DNA of 64,000 nt from a virus. The position numbers and the translations under genes are program-made. Of this stretch, positions 20,621-30,323 are shown in pieces. How positions within the stretch are numbered: the stretch's first letter is position 1; every line of letters begins with the position of its first letter. The stretch spans positions 1 to 64,000 of the IMG/VR virus record IMGVR_UViG_3300044910_000908. The stretch is one strand, 5' to 3'. Under the pieces are notes generated by a model. The model did not search any database. It was given only the letters and a program-made list of their open reading frames with translations, and was not told the origin of the DNA.

Positions 20621-20819
20621 CTATTTTTTAATCTTGTTAATACATCAACATTATTATTCATAATTATAGTTAACAAATCAATACACAATTCTTCATATTC
20701 TTCTTTTTCAGAAGAAGAAATAATTTTATTATCAATTTTTTGACGAAGTTCAATATACCTGTCGACTTGTTCTTTTTGAATATTATTAATCATGTTATTG
20801 GGTTCCTTTATAAGAAAGA

Positions 20820-20848
20820 TTAGGACTATTATAACATAATAGTCCTAA
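20820..20848. terminator. Intrinsic terminator-like hairpin
   Basis: ttaggactatta/taatagtcctaa inverted repeat downstream of vWA gene. Confidence 0.55.
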
Positions 20849-20866
20849 AATTGAAACAATTATTTT

Positions 20867-21952
20867 TTAGAAATTTTCCCAATAGATAACATCTGTTCCT
20901 ACTGGTAGAATTCTATTAACACTGGTAGATTGAACAAAAACTTTGAAATTAGAATGGTCACCAGGTCTAACTCGAACATCAGAATATTTAGGTAATCCAA
21001 TCATATCTCTAGCAACATCACCAGAATAAACATGTTTAGATGTTTTATCTTGAATAAGAATTAATTTATTTGCTTGGATTTTATTTTCTTTTTTAACTAA
21101 TTCATAAAATGAAGCTCCACGTTTCATAGAACGGCCCAATTTATGTTCTACAAAGTCTTTAATTGCGTGACCTTCTGCAGCAGTTTGAACTGTCCATTGT
21201 AGAATTTCTGAAGAAATATCAGTTAATACAGATTTAACTTCTGTAAGTGATACTTTATCAAGTGAAGTATAAAATGAAGAAGTTGAAGTTGCACCAGTTG
21301 CACGACTTCTGAAATAACCACCAATTGCTTGAGTTGTTACTTGAGAAGCTTGGTCAAGACCTTTAGTTGTTTGTTCCCATTCCTGAATATTGCCTTCAAA
21401 AATATCTAATGTTTTAGCTAATTTTTTACCATATCCTTTAGGAACTCGAAATACAAATGACCATCGATCTGTTGCGTGTAATTGTTTGATTTTACTAGCT
21501 AAAGTTATTGCATTCCATTTAATTGAAGCATTTTCTTCACCATCTGTAATAATCATCAGAAGAAATGATGTATTGATATCAGATGCTTCAGGTAATGCTT
21601 CAAACATTTCAATCAATTCACCAACGCTATCATAAAGTGGTGTTCCTCTACCATTAGCTTCATAGTTGCTTTCTGGAATTGGTTTTAAAACAGTGACAGA
21701 TGAATTAATGATTTCTCGTTTAACAGTAGCTGACGCACCAGCACCACAATTAACAACTGATACAATAACATCTTGGTTATGTTCTATTGCATTTTGTTTA
21801 ATACTTGCTATATTGGTATTGTAATCTCTAGCTGCTGCTTTAGTGATACCTCTCATTGAGGCGCTATGGTCCAATGAAAAGCCGATGAAAGTTTTGATAT
21901 TAGGTTGATTTTCCATAAAATTCTCCAAAAAGTATAAAGTTATTTTTCTCAT
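20867..21952 (-). CDS. von Willebrand A domain protein (start probably MENQP)
   Basis: MIDAS DHSASM, GTPLYD, ITDGEENAS. Confidence 0.85.
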   Translation of the reverse strand: MRKITLYFLENFMENQPNIKTFIGFSLDHSASMRGITKAAARDYNTNIASIKQNAIEHNQDVIVSVVNCGAGASATVKREIINSSVTVLKPIPESNYEANGRGTPLYDSVGELIEMFEALPEASDINTSFLLMIITDGEENASIKWNAITLASKIKQLHATDRWSFVFRVPKGYGKKLAKTLDIFEGNIQEWEQTTKGLDQASQVTTQAIGGYFRSRATGATSTSSFYTSLDKVSLTEVKSVLTDISSEILQWTVQTAAEGHAIKDFVEHKLGRSMKRGASFYELVKKENKIQANKLILIQDKTSKHVYSGDVARDMIGLPKYSDVRVRPGDHSNFKVFVQSTSVNRILPVGTDVIYWENF

Positions 21953-22002
21953 AAAATTAGAAGGTTTTTAATCCTTCTAATTTATTTATAAAAAATATTA
22001 TA

Positions 22003-22503
22003 TCACATTTTTGAAGAATGTAAATAATTTAAAATATCAAATTTAATTTTTGTCATTTCCCAATCACCTGTATGTAAAATACCATTTCCACCCGCTTTAT
22101 CCCATTCTTTAATATTCGTTTCTGCATCATCAATTAAAATATCACCTTTTGTATTAATCCAATGCTTTTTATTTCTTCCGCCTAATACAGTATGAACTTG
22201 AATATCAAAAGATAAATTTAATTTAACCCATTCTTTTTTATCATCTACTGCAGATAATAATTGTTGAGTTGGCAATGGAATAGCTGTTAAAACAAAAATA
22301 TCATATTCATTTTTAAAAGACCAAATATAATCAAAGAATTCTTTAGCTCCAGGTAATACATCTAAATGCAAAAATAAATTAGGAACTAATTCTAAACTAC
22401 TCCAAGAAGTATGCGGAGAATAAGGTTGTCCAGTATGTTCTTTTACAAATTTATGGAAATCAGCAAAACATCCATCAAGATCTAATGCAATTCTTCGTTT
22501 CAT
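22003..22503 (-). CDS. HAD 5'(3')-deoxyribonucleotidase
   Basis: LDLDGCFADF, VLTA, K..W, ILIDD..NI.EW..AGG.GILH. Confidence 0.9.
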   Translation of the reverse strand: MKRRIALDLDGCFADFHKFVKEHTGQPYSPHTSWSSLELVPNLFLHLDVLPGAKEFFDYIWSFKNEYDIFVLTAIPLPTQQLLSAVDDKKEWVKLNLSFDIQVHTVLGGRNKKHWINTKGDILIDDAETNIKEWDKAGGNGILHTGDWEMTKIKFDILNYLHSSKM

Positions 22504-22703
22504 TTCATTTGTTCCTCTAATTTTTTATTAATTTCAGCAGCATATTCATGATAATCTGAGTATGGCAAATAATATTCTATTACTTTTAAAAATGCAGGAA
22601 TATATTCTAAATCTTTATCAGCATCTCCTTTATATAAAGACAATTGTGTTTTAATATCTTTTTTTAAATTTTCAACTATAACACCATCAATATAATTCAT
22701 CAT
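22500..22703 (-). CDS. Hypothetical protein
   Basis: AGGAG SD. Confidence 0.55.
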   Translation of the reverse strand: MMNYIDGVIVENLKKDIKTQLSLYKGDADKDLEYIPAFLKVIEYYLPYSDYHEYAAEINKKLEEQMK

Positions 22704-22717
22704 AAATTCTCCTATTA

Positions 22718-23257
22718 TTAAGATAATAATCCATTAAGAGAAACACAACCATTTGGCAATACATAAGTATTTGATTGTGTTACTATTTCCCATGTTTGGT
22801 GCAAAGGTTTTATTACTTCTATTTTATCAACTTTTAAATAACTTTGTATAGTTTGAATAATTTCTTCTTGATTATTTCTGATATGAGTTAAATGAACTAT
22901 TTCATCACCTTCAGAAAGATTTCTAATTTTAATGAAATCATCTTCTCTTGAGGGATAATGTGCAAGTAGTTTATGGTCTCCAGTGAAACCATATTCGGAA
23001 TCGTCTTCAAATACAACTTTATAGATAGTAGTTAAACCATTATAAAAAACATGTTCAACTAATTCATCACCATCTTCTCCAATTACATAAATTGGTTGAG
23101 GTAATTCATAAATGCGTTTAGATAATTCTGAAAATTGACAATTTTGAAATTCAAAATTTAATTCTCTAAATAATTGAACAATACTAATAGCTCTACTATC
23201 AGCCAAATTTAATTTATTACAACAATCATATAAAGCACTTGTTCCACTAGCTTGCAT
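22718..23257 (-). CDS. Free-standing HINT (intein-like) domain protein
   Basis: Block A-like ALYD...LADSRAISIVQL, block B FTGDHKLL, IRNLSEGDEI, blocks F/G TWEIVT..NTYVLPNGCVSLN. Confidence 0.75.
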   Translation of the reverse strand: MQASGTSALYDCCNKLNLADSRAISIVQLFRELNFEFQNCQFSELSKRIYELPQPIYVIGEDGDELVEHVFYNGLTTIYKVVFEDDSEYGFTGDHKLLAHYPSREDDFIKIRNLSEGDEIVHLTHIRNNQEEIIQTIQSYLKVDKIEVIKPLHQTWEIVTQSNTYVLPNGCVSLNGLLS

Positions 23258-23273
23258 AAGTATCCTCTAGTTA

Positions 23274-24323
23274 TTAAAGAAATTTGGAAAAATCAATATC
23301 AGAAATGTCATTTACAATTGAATTAGATAGATAACTACTAATTTCAGTTTCTTGAGGAGCAACTTGAACATTACTAGAATTAAAATGTTTTTCAATCCAT
23401 GGTAATGGATGACTAATTTTTGCATTTTCAGAAGATAAACCGAGAGTTTTTAATTGTTTTGGTAATAGATAACCATCAATATAAGAAGTCAAAATTTCCT
23501 CATTTAAACCAATAATAGAACCATCTTTAAATAAATGTTGTGCCCAAATAATTTCTTGTTCAGCAGCGGATTTGAAAATATTTTTAGCTTTTTCTCTATT
23601 ATCTCCTATAATTTGAATAAATTCTGGGTCATCTTTAGGAAGTAATTTCAATGTATGCTGAACAAATGCTAAATGTTGAATTTCATCTCTAGCGATTAAT
23701 TTTACAATTTTTCCAGAACCTTCTACTTTAGCTCTTTCAACGAATGAAAATGTTGATGCAAATGACACATAAAAACGAATTGCTTCTAATGCATTAGCCG
23801 CTATTAATGCTAGATATAAATTTTCCTTATTAGGATTATTCACCATTTGATCATAGACTTTCGTGACATCATTTGCACAATCAGCTATTTCTTTTATATT
23901 AGGCATGTCATCTATAACAACTTTAGGGTCATTATAAATTGCTCTCAAAATATAAGTATAAGACATTGAATGAATACTTTCCATGAAAGACCACGTTAAT
24001 AAACAATTTTCCATGGATGGATCTGTACAATGTGGCAAAAATACTAACGCTGGAGCTCTTCCTTGAATGCTATCTAACAAAATCTGTCTTTTTAGATTTT
24101 CAGTAAAAACAAATTGTTCAACATCAGTTAATGAATTAAATGATCTTTTTTCTTGGCTCATATCTATTTCATTTGGGCGCCAGAAAAAACTTTGCATTTT
24201 TTCATTTAATTTATCTAAAATTTCATATCTTGTAATCTCATATCGAGAAATACCATGACCACATTCTCCAAAAAATAATTTATCTGGATGAACTGACATT
24301 GTAAAAACTGAATTATTTGGCAT
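23274..24323 (-). CDS. nrdB: Ribonucleotide reductase class Ia beta subunit
   Basis: FFWRPNEI, LLDSIQGR, ESIHSMSY, EAIRFYVSF, RDEIQH, VAPQETEISSY. Confidence 0.97.
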   Translation of the reverse strand: MPNNSVFTMSVHPDKLFFGECGHGISRYEITRYEILDKLNEKMQSFFWRPNEIDMSQEKRSFNSLTDVEQFVFTENLKRQILLDSIQGRAPALVFLPHCTDPSMENCLLTWSFMESIHSMSYTYILRAIYNDPKVVIDDMPNIKEIADCANDVTKVYDQMVNNPNKENLYLALIAANALEAIRFYVSFASTFSFVERAKVEGSGKIVKLIARDEIQHLAFVQHTLKLLPKDDPEFIQIIGDNREKAKNIFKSAAEQEIIWAQHLFKDGSIIGLNEEILTSYIDGYLLPKQLKTLGLSSENAKISHPLPWIEKHFNSSNVQVAPQETEISSYLSNSIVNDISDIDFSKFL

Positions 24324-24341
24324 ATTATTTTCTCCTTATTA

Positions 24342-26600
24342 TTAAACTACACAAGCACCTGATTTACAACCACCTTCTTCAATATTATCAGAAGAACCAT
24401 CATTAACTTGATTGTAATACATAGTACACATTCCCATTTTATATGCAAATAATAAATCCTCAATCAATCTTGACATTTTAATTTCACCTTTAGAAGGGTC
24501 ATACGAAGTGTTGCATGAAATAAATTGATCATTATATTTCTGAAATACTGCAGTAGTTTTCAAGTAATCTTTACTATCAACATTCCACAATGTTTCATAT
24601 AAATGATTTAATTTGTTATATTCAGGAACAACTTGTGGTAATACTCCATCTTTAGAACCTTTAATACTAATTAAATCTCTAGGAGGTTCAATACCATTTG
24701 TCTCATTAGAAATTTGAGATGATGTTTCACTTGGAAAAATTGTTGATAATGTTGCATTTCTAATACCATATTTTTTCAAATCTTCTTTTAATTCATCCCA
24801 TGGCATTAATGGAGCATTAACTGGAATTTTATTTAAATCTCTCGGAACAATACCATCATGATATTTTGTTCTTAATTCAATAGAACCAAATTCTTTTGCT
24901 AATTGATTAGATGCTTGAATTAAATAAAAATTCTGTTTCTCAATCATTGTTTCAGTCGCAAGTAATGCTTCATCTGTACCCCATTGTAATCTTCCTTTTG
25001 CTAACCAATGAGCATAACCAATTAAACCAATGCCTAATGGACGACATAATTTAGTAGCTCTTTCAGCAGCATCAATTGGATATTCTTGATAATCTAATAA
25101 AGCATCTAAAGCTCTAACACCCATTTCACAACAATCTTTTAAAATTCTTTCTTCTTTTTCAGATAAATTCTTACTAAATTTACCCCAATTAGTAGCTAAT
25201 AATGTACATAAATTTAATAATGAATTACCATCTCCAAGCGGAGTTGTTCGCTGTCCAATTTCCGTACATAAATTAGTCATATAAACTGGTTCATAATAAG
25301 GTGTTTGATAATTGACATTATCAGCATTAAAAATATAAATACGTCCAGTTTCATATCTTTCATTCATTAATTTTGTAAAGTATTCAAATGCAGGAATAGT
25401 TTTCTTTACAACTTTATTTGAGTTTTCATATTTTTCATATAATTCTTCAAATTTTTCTAAATCTGGAGAATAAAAAGCTTCATATAAATCTGGAACTTCT
25501 TCAGGGCTAAATAATGTAATATTTCCACCTGTGATTAATCTTTTATACATTGTTCCATTAAGAGCAACAACATAATCTAAAGTTCTAATACGAGTTTCTT
25601 CAGTTCCTTTATTGTTTTTTAATTCAATTAATTTTTCAAATTCTAAATGCCATCCAGGATAATTAATAGAAGCTGAAGCCGACCTAATTCCACCTTGCGA
25701 TACTGCTCTTAAAGAAGAATTCATTAATTTTAAATAAGGAATAACACCAGTTGTAATAGCATCTCCTTGTCTAACTTGTTGTCCTTCAGCACGTAATCTT
25801 CCAATATTTAAACCAATACCAGCTTTTCTTGAAGCATAATCAATAATAGCTGCTGATGTAGCTTTAATAGAATTTAAGCTATCACCACAATCCATTAATG
25901 TGCAAGAAGAAAATTGTTTTACATTAGTTCTTAATCCAGCCATAATAGGTGTAGGAAGAGAAATATAATGTTGGCTAACCAAATCATAAAATTTCTTGAT
26001 GTATCCCATACGAGTAGCAATTGGGTACGCGCCAAATAATAATGCTGGAACTAAAATATAAGGGAATTGAAATGTTTCATATACATGTTTAGTTTTTCTA
26101 TTTTGAACTAAATATTTTTTACGCATTTGTTCTGAACCTGCATAACGAAATAAATCATCTCTATTATGGTCAATCATATCATTTAAAATATTAAATTCTT
26201 CTTCATTATAAAATTCTAATAATTCTTTAGTATAAACACCTAATGCCACATTTTTCTTAACAACATCATATAAATGAGGTGGTGTATTAGAACCAAATGC
26301 TTCTTTACGAATAGATAACCAATTTAATCTAGCAGCAACATGATCATAATTTGGAGTATCTTCATTAATTAAATCTGCAGATGCTTTAATTAAAGTTTGG
26401 TGAATTGAAGAAGTTTTAATATTTGGAACGAAATGTGGATTAGCTGTCATTTCAATTTGAGAAACAGATACGCCTTTAATTGGTGGAAAAATATCATCTC
26501 CATTACATGCCCAATTAATCACTTGATGAATTTTAGAAAGATCTAATAGTTCTTTTGTTCCATTTCGTTTAGTAACAAATATATTACTGGTTTGAGTCAT
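24342..26600 (-). CDS. nrdA: Ribonucleotide reductase class Ia alpha subunit
   Basis: ATP-cone VTKRNG, QFSSC, TNLCTEI, PSETSS, MYY, C-terminal CKSGAC. Confidence 0.97.
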   Translation of the reverse strand: MTQTSNIFVTKRNGTKELLDLSKIHQVINWACNGDDIFPPIKGVSVSQIEMTANPHFVPNIKTSSIHQTLIKASADLINEDTPNYDHVAARLNWLSIRKEAFGSNTPPHLYDVVKKNVALGVYTKELLEFYNEEEFNILNDMIDHNRDDLFRYAGSEQMRKKYLVQNRKTKHVYETFQFPYILVPALLFGAYPIATRMGYIKKFYDLVSQHYISLPTPIMAGLRTNVKQFSSCTLMDCGDSLNSIKATSAAIIDYASRKAGIGLNIGRLRAEGQQVRQGDAITTGVIPYLKLMNSSLRAVSQGGIRSASASINYPGWHLEFEKLIELKNNKGTEETRIRTLDYVVALNGTMYKRLITGGNITLFSPEEVPDLYEAFYSPDLEKFEELYEKYENSNKVVKKTIPAFEYFTKLMNERYETGRIYIFNADNVNYQTPYYEPVYMTNLCTEIGQRTTPLGDGNSLLNLCTLLATNWGKFSKNLSEKEERILKDCCEMGVRALDALLDYQEYPIDAAERATKLCRPLGIGLIGYAHWLAKGRLQWGTDEALLATETMIEKQNFYLIQASNQLAKEFGSIELRTKYHDGIVPRDLNKIPVNAPLMPWDELKEDLKKYGIRNATLSTIFPSETSSQISNETNGIEPPRDLISIKGSKDGVLPQVVPEYNKLNHLYETLWNVDSKDYLKTTAVFQKYNDQFISCNTSYDPSKGEIKMSRLIEDLLFAYKMGMCTMYYNQVNDGSSDNIEEGGCKSGACVV

Positions 26601-26626
26601 ATAAATTCCTTATAATTAAATAATTT

Positions 26627-27931
26627 TTAAAATTGAATAATTTGCTTTTGTTTGTTAATATTACAAAATTCAGCATCGTTTGTGATTTGCGAAATAGGAG
26701 CCATGGCTCTTTTTAAAGCGGTTGTTTTATTTGTTTTATTTCTTTCAAAAACATTAAATTGGCAACAACTTATTTCTATACCAAAGGTAGTAAAACGACC
26801 TAATTCTGAAGCTTCTTTTAAATGGATTTCAGCTTGAGTATTTCCAGCTATTTCAAAAAAATCTTCTTGATGATTTCTAATAGCTATAATATATTTCATC
26901 ATTGCTTCAGTATTAATTGGCATATCAGGAAATAGTTTTTTTAATGTTGCAGTAGCACCAGGACCAGCAACAACATAATCAGCATTTTCATCTAAATTTC
27001 CATGTGTTAAACTTTTGTCTTTATTTTGTAATTTTTTAAAATCATCATAATATTCAGCATCTATTAATTCAGAACTACCAATTCCTGGCATCCTAGCTAA
27101 GTTTGAAGAAAAATGATATCCATAATAATTTCCAATTCCTCTTTCAAGAGTTAAAAAATTAAAAGATTGTTCCATTGTTGGTTTATTCTTAAAAAATGGC
27201 ACCCATTTTTTAGATAAATATTTGACCCAATGAATCATATCAGATGGACGCATTTTTCTTTCTTGGTGTTCTTTTAATAAATTTAATTCAGTGATTAATT
27301 TATTACTGTTATTAATATTTAGTATGTCAATAGATGATGGATTTTCTCTACAATAATTTCTAGCAGCTATTTGCAAACTTGTTCTTAATTCTGTTGTTCC
27401 CCATATTTTTTCTTTATTAGCAAAAGCTTTTTCTACATTAGACATTAATGTAAATTCATAATCCATATCTTTTTCTAATAAATCAAAATTGATATATTTT
27501 GAATTAGTTGGAATTAAATAATTTAAATCTTCAGCAGTTCCTGTAATAATATCTAAAGTTCTTGCTGGTCCATAAAATTTTACAATTGCAGAATTTATTA
27601 GTTTATCCTCAAAACTAACATTATCTTCATAATATAAATGGGAATTTAACCAAATAATTTCATCATGAAATGATCTATTTGGATGGAAGTATGGAACAGG
27701 TTTATTATCAACAACAAAACCATATCCAAATCCTTTTTGATGTTTATATAATTTTGAAATATAATCTTCAAAAGTTTTAGCTTGCTGTTTATTTATCCTT
27801 ACTTCCCATTCCCGCTTATTGAATTCTTTTATAAAATTTGCTAATTGTTTTTTTACTGTTTTATCTGCAAATGACAATATTTTTTCATCAGACATATTTT
27901 TAATATCGTTGTTAGAAAGTAATGATGCCAT
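26627..27931 (-). CDS. aGPT-Pplase1 / amino-acid:DNA-transferase-like DNA base-hypermodification enzyme
   Basis: YFHPNRSFHDEIIWL, HhH-like RGIGNYYGYHFSSNL, DENADYVVAGPGA, IEISCCQF match the family pattern F.N..R..D / G.G.F....Dl / GPGA / lCEf; C-terminal IIQF. Confidence 0.75.
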   Translation of the reverse strand: MASLLSNNDIKNMSDEKILSFADKTVKKQLANFIKEFNKREWEVRINKQQAKTFEDYISKLYKHQKGFGYGFVVDNKPVPYFHPNRSFHDEIIWLNSHLYYEDNVSFEDKLINSAIVKFYGPARTLDIITGTAEDLNYLIPTNSKYINFDLLEKDMDYEFTLMSNVEKAFANKEKIWGTTELRTSLQIAARNYCRENPSSIDILNINNSNKLITELNLLKEHQERKMRPSDMIHWVKYLSKKWVPFFKNKPTMEQSFNFLTLERGIGNYYGYHFSSNLARMPGIGSSELIDAEYYDDFKKLQNKDKSLTHGNLDENADYVVAGPGATATLKKLFPDMPINTEAMMKYIIAIRNHQEDFFEIAGNTQAEIHLKEASELGRFTTFGIEISCCQFNVFERNKTNKTTALKRAMAPISQITNDAEFCNINKQKQIIQF

Positions 27932-28685
27932 TTATTTTTTTTCTCCGTTTCCAAATTCTAGGTAAACTATTAAAACCTTTATGAACGAGTTCAAATTCTT
28001 CGTTTATTATTTGTTTTGCTAATCGTTGGGTTTGTCTACCAGTTAAAATAGTAGTATCATATTTATATTTTTCAAAATGGCCATAACACGAAGGTGAACT
28101 AAAGCTTGCAGTTTCTATTAAATAGTTAGTTGACAAATCCATACAACTTTTTATAAAATCAAATGGGTCCTCAAAATGTTCAAAGGTTTCTAAACACAAT
28201 ACAACATCAAACTTTTCATCTTTTGGAAATTCATAAAAATTAATATTTTTATTATCAGAATGTAAAGAACACCATTTTTCACAACAAGAAATCTGATGGT
28301 CTACATTATTGAATGTATAAACTTGTTTAAAATTTGATTGCAATAATTTTTCAGTTGTAAATCCTAAACCATTAAAAATATCAATAATAGAATATTCAGA
28401 TAAATCAATATTATTTTTCTTAAAATAATTATTGAGTGCCCAAATACTATTATTTGAAGATACAAAAAAGCACCAAATACATTCTAATAAGTAATCTGTG
28501 GTAGAATAGATAGAAAAATCTGTTCTTTTAGAATTTACCCATAATTCACCTAATTTATCTGAATTTATTTTTAATGCATTATAAAGTTCTTTTTTTGAAT
28601 TAGAATTTAATAAAATTTCATTATCTTTTAATTCCGGAACACAAGCAATAATATTATCTATAAAATTTTTATGACTAAGCTTCAT
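27912..28685 (-). CDS. Class I SAM-dependent methyltransferase
   Basis: IIDIFNGLGF (motif I variant), FDVVLCLETFEHFEDP; C-terminal IITF. Confidence 0.8.
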   Translation of the reverse strand: MKLSHKNFIDNIIACVPELKDNEILLNSNSKKELYNALKINSDKLGELWVNSKRTDFSIYSTTDYLLECIWCFFVSSNNSIWALNNYFKKNNIDLSEYSIIDIFNGLGFTTEKLLQSNFKQVYTFNNVDHQISCCEKWCSLHSDNKNINFYEFPKDEKFDVVLCLETFEHFEDPFDFIKSCMDLSTNYLIETASFSSPSCYGHFEKYKYDTTILTGRQTQRLAKQIINEEFELVHKGFNSLPRIWKRRKKINGIITF

Positions 28686-29073
28686 GTCTTACATTTTCCT
28701 TCTCAGTTAAATTATGATCTAAATGTATTACATTAAGCCAAGAACCACAATTTTGCTCAATTATATTTTTTTGAATAGGGTCATCTTCAAAATGACAATT
28801 AATTTTAATTCCAATATTTTTCAATTTATTCAAAACTTGAGCTTTATGCATTCCAGAACTTTCTCTAGTTTTTTCATGAAATTGCAAATTGTTAAAAAAT
28901 ACTTTATTAAAAATATTTCTTTTTTCTAGCATTGAAATTGTTTCAACGTATTCTTCAAAAGACCTACCAGTAATAATAATATCATTAGGACCTGGATAAA
29001 CTCCTTCGATAGAGTTATTAATAAAAATAACTCCATCGATATCGTAACTATTAATAGGGGAATGATTAAACAT
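28675..29073 (-). CDS. Small capless HAD phosphatase (candidate inositol-phosphate phosphatase)
   Basis: YDIDGV, ITGRS, HKA, HFEDD. Confidence 0.8.
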   Translation of the reverse strand: MFNHSPINSYDIDGVIFINNSIEGVYPGPNDIIITGRSFEEYVETISMLEKRNIFNKVFFNNLQFHEKTRESSGMHKAQVLNKLKNIGIKINCHFEDDPIQKNIIEQNCGSWLNVIHLDHNLTEKENVRHEA

Positions 29074-30285
29074 TTATTCTCCTATCAATCTCAAATAATC
29101 CATTCCACCGCTATTATATTCATCCCATGCAAATTTAATTGCATCTTCAGGAGTTGTTTGTTTACTAGTAATATCTGTTAATTGACGATTAGCTAATGCT
29201 TCGCATTCTTTATAAGATAAATCATAAGTTAATTGTTTAGGCGGAGATTTTTGAGTAAACGCAGAAGGTCCTCTTAAACAACCAATAATTCCCATTTCTT
29301 TTGCAACTTTAATATATCTTAAAGCATCAATTACAACACCACTAGAATTTTCTGAATCTTGAACAGATAATTTAACATCTACAGTAATTGGAGCATCTCC
29401 AAAACCTCTAAGATGTAAATTAAAGTAAGCAATTTTATTATCTTTTAAATAAGGAATAAAAGTTGAAGGACCAGCAAATAAAGCATCGTCATCAACAGGA
29501 ATTCCTCTTAAATCATTTTGTGCTCTAATAACATTTTCTTTTGATACTTTTTTATGTTTTAATCTTGTTTGAACCATCATATTATTAAAATCGGTATTAC
29601 CTCCAACGTTTAATTGTTGATGATAATCAACTATCATACCTCGACTAAATGCTAGTTCTTGTAACATTTGAGATAAAATAGAAGCTCCAAATTGAGATTT
29701 CATATCAGAACCAATATAAGGAATGCCAGCACTAATAAATTTTTCTTCCCATTTAGGATGATTTAATGTTAATACAGGAATACAATTCAAAAATGAAATT
29801 TTATGTTCAATACATTTTTCAGCCCACCATTCAGTTGCATTTTGAGAACCTACTGGCAAGTAATTGATAATAATTTCAACGCCTGTTTCTTTTAGAATTT
29901 TATCAATATCACAAACATCTTCATTAGAAATTCTGAAACCCATTCTTTCTGGTTGAGTTTGCATATAATCAGAAACACCGTCTAATACTGGACCCATATT
30001 AACAATTGGGCCATCAGGAACATCTTTACAAAATACTCTAGCGCAATTAGGTTGAGCAAAAATAGCTTCGCCTACTGGACGACCAACTTTTCTTCTATCA
30101 ACATCAAAAGCTGCTACTACTTGAATATCAGCAGGATGATAACCTCCAATTCTGTCAAACATAACACCGGGAATAGAATTTCCTTCAGCATCTTCATCAT
30201 GATCTTTATAATATTCAAGGCCTTGATAAAGAGAAGAAAAACAATTACCAACACCAACTACACAAACTTTAATTTTTTTTGACAT
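29074..30285 (-). CDS. ino1: myo-inositol-1-phosphate synthase
   Basis: VGVGNCFSSLYQG, AAFDVD..KVG, NYLPVGS, GSDMKSQFGA, QLNVGGNTDF.NM, KKVSK, DSENSSGVVID, FTQKSPP. Confidence 0.95.
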   Translation of the reverse strand: MSKKIKVCVVGVGNCFSSLYQGLEYYKDHDEDAEGNSIPGVMFDRIGGYHPADIQVVAAFDVDRRKVGRPVGEAIFAQPNCARVFCKDVPDGPIVNMGPVLDGVSDYMQTQPERMGFRISNEDVCDIDKILKETGVEIIINYLPVGSQNATEWWAEKCIEHKISFLNCIPVLTLNHPKWEEKFISAGIPYIGSDMKSQFGASILSQMLQELAFSRGMIVDYHQQLNVGGNTDFNNMMVQTRLKHKKVSKENVIRAQNDLRGIPVDDDALFAGPSTFIPYLKDNKIAYFNLHLRGFGDAPITVDVKLSVQDSENSSGVVIDALRYIKVAKEMGIIGCLRGPSAFTQKSPPKQLTYDLSYKECEALANRQLTDITSKQTTPEDAIKFAWDEYNSGGMDYLRLIGE

Positions 30286-30323
30286 ATATAATCCTCTTTT
30301 TGTTTAAAACATTATTTACTTTT

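Noticed and set aside
18213-23257. HINT protein as a split intein that trans-splices PolB or DnaE halves
   Set aside because: No extein of useful length, no +1 nucleophile, and the polymerase fragments have no intein ends
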